Positions 44,492 to 46,228 of a stretch of 46,228 bases of DNA are shown one piece after another; within the stretch, counting starts at the first letter, position 1, and the number at the start of each line of letters is the position of its first letter. The stretch is from Klebsormidium nitens (taxonomy: Eukaryota; Plantae; Klebsormidiophyceae): NCBI GenBank assembly GCA_000708835.1, contig DF237604.1:1-46228 (forward strand). The letters are read 5' to 3'. Under the pieces are notes generated by a model. The model did no database searches. It was not told the DNA's origin and worked only from the letters and a program-made list of their open reading frames with translations. Position numbers and translations under genes: made by a program.

Positions 44492-46228
44492 TTATTGGTG
44501 ATCAGCAACTTGAGCCTTTACGACAATCTCACGGCTCACATAGTAGCGTCGCAATGATATACCTCTGTAGCCAGTTGTGTTTCGCCCTTTTATCTTGATT
44601 TGCTTGGCATAAATCACGCCCTTTAGGCTTTCCATGAGAGCCTTGAATTCAGTGACGGTCATTGGGCGATCGCGCCTTCCCACATAGTTCTCGTACGCCT
44701 GCTTGAGCACATCCACATGCGCAACCGTACCTTCACGAACAATGCAATGATCGGCAATAAAGTTGTTGAAGTGGTCGTTAGCTTGTACATACCCCTCGAG
44801 AGCATCTTGCATCTCCTTCGGCAAGTCCTCTACGGAGGGGAGGCGGCCTCTCGCGTACCAAGCCATGCTGCCTCGTACGAGCCAAGCAAGCATCTGCTTC
44901 CTCCACTCTGGCGTTGTGATCTTATCCTTTAAATCGGGGTCGATGAGCCGTTCGTTCGTGCCCGGGTGCGGTTTGTCAACAAACTCGCGCTTAAAGGGGA
45001 AAACGCGGAGCTTGATCTTTAGCGTGCCCGAATCGGTTACGTCAAACTTCGGAAGCTTGTTTGTGCAGATGATCGGCAAACAACGCATCTTTACCTCAAC
45101 CGGATCTTTGTGTAATCCACGAGCGGTCATGCATCCATCGCCGGAAGCGATGGACTTAAGATTAGCGCCATTATAAACATCATCTTCTTTAACCTCTTCC
45201 AATATGGCTAAATGTGCGCCATCAAGCTTGACAAGATGCGGTGTTGCCGCACCCTCCGACCGAGCACCGGCCCCAATAACACAATCTCGATCCATTGAAA
45301 CGCAATACTTGTCCCCGCATGCCTCTTTAACAGCGTTAGCGAGCGCTGTCTTGCCCGAATTGGAAGCTCCATACCAGATACAGAATTGCTTCTCTCTGAA
45401 ATGTCCCGTTATGCCATAACCAAGAGTCATCTGCAGAACGGGGATCATCTCCTTCGTTTTGTGTCTGCTGCATGAAATCGTCAACCAGTGGGGACGGGTA
45501 TGTATGCCCCTCGTACTCCGTTGCACACTCCTTCGACAGCACATTGCTCGGATGATGGGGTATGAGGTCGCCCGTCGGTAGATGTATGGCACCGGATGTT
45601 GTATTTAAGTAATCCCTAGCCGCATCGAGCTCTTTAGCAAAGTTCTCGACTTTTAGCAGATCCTTTAGTAAAACCAGACACCTACTTGCAATTGGGACTT
45701 ACTCGACGTCCGGCCCCTGTCACTTAGCCGTCTGTGTTGTCCTTTTCTTGAGAGCTTCGAATGCTTTTAAGATAGCCCTCTCACCGCTCTTTGCTTTTCG
45801 AACGTCCTCTTTCGAAGGAGATTCGATCAAACTATGAGCAACGTGAAGCTGCTCAATCTCGGCATCTTTCGTACATTCTGCCTCAACGAGCTGGTTGGTG
45901 TGTATCTCTGTGAGATACTTTAGACAAAACGTCTTCACTCTTCCCATGTGGTACATGAAAGCGTTTCTGAGCACCGTCGCTTCTGAGTCGCACGACATCC
46001 ATGAGGTTCCATTCCATAACCAGAACCTTCCGGCATCATACACGACCCGTCTGTCATGCTCGAAAAGCTTTGCAAAGATCGATGCAGCTCCCCAATCGCT
46101 CCTGCATATCATGGCTTCCATGAACGGCCGCTGCAACCGCGCATTCAGATTGCTTTCGCAACTCACAGTACGGTCTTGAATTCCAAAAGCCCCCACCCCC
46201 ACTTGTTCGAGAGCGGCAGGAATGCTCA
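44492..46228 (-). pseudogene. D5/P4-family primase-associated SF3 helicase (D5_N + helicase + winged-helix), intronless, disrupted; 5' end lies outside the window
   Basis: D5_N-like segments SDWGAASIFAKLF...VVYDAGRFWLWNGTSW and FAKELDAARDYLNTTSGAIHLPTGDLIPHHPS. Then LQMTLGYGITG, Walker A GASNSGKT (45347-45370), Walker B LAILEE, LKSIASGD..TARGLHK, motif C IICTNKLP, FPFKREF, and C-terminal GYRGISL. In-frame stops at 45720-45722 (TGA) and 45699-45701 (TAA), and a frameshift near 45455-45470. Confidence 0.88.

Noticed and set aside
42329-45722. Premature stops as evidence of methylation- or RIP-driven C-to-T decay
   Set aside because: Any stop codon can be derived from a C-starting codon, so three stops are uninformative without intact paralogues to polarise the changes.
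45680-45725. A mini-intron (GT...AG, about 40 nt) that would remove the two D5 stops
   Set aside because: It is much shorter than all other introns here (the shortest modelled is 66 nt), has no pyrimidine tract, and would not fix the separate frameshift near 45460.

Overview
Eukaryotic, intron-rich nuclear DNA (GT-AG introns, moderately GC-rich exons). It looks like a green alga or early streptophyte such as Klebsormidium, but that is an impression, not a determination. Layout from left to right: (1) 0.6-20 kb, two intact 10-exon paralogues facing tail-to-tail (A on +, A' on -). They encode type I membrane proteins (687 and 690 aa) built like a shortened alpha2-delta/CACHD1: signal peptide, Cache domain with an inserted VWA domain, TM helix, Cys-rich tail. 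Both keep the dCache amino-acid-binding motif but lack a canonical MIDAS. Their introns carry degenerate tandem echoes of exon boundaries and several MITE-like elements, and a decayed copy of gene B exon 1 lies between them. (2) 21.1-30.0 kb, gene B, an 11-exon, 1348-aa model: N-terminal four-helix-bundle (MLKL/RPW8/UND-like) domain, a half-RING/half-U-box domain, and ARM repeats. (3) 30-39 kb, unresolved sequence containing a hAT-like non-autonomous element with telomere-like G-rich cores. (4) 39.1-44.0 kb, a spliced KDZ (Kyakuja-Dileera-Zisupton) transposase with SWIM fingers and one in-frame stop. (5) 44.5 kb to the window end, a convergent, intronless, broken D5/P4-type primase-helicase of probable viral or Polinton-like origin. 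No rRNA, tRNA or CRISPR array was recognised. All homology calls come from reading motifs by eye; no database search was run.
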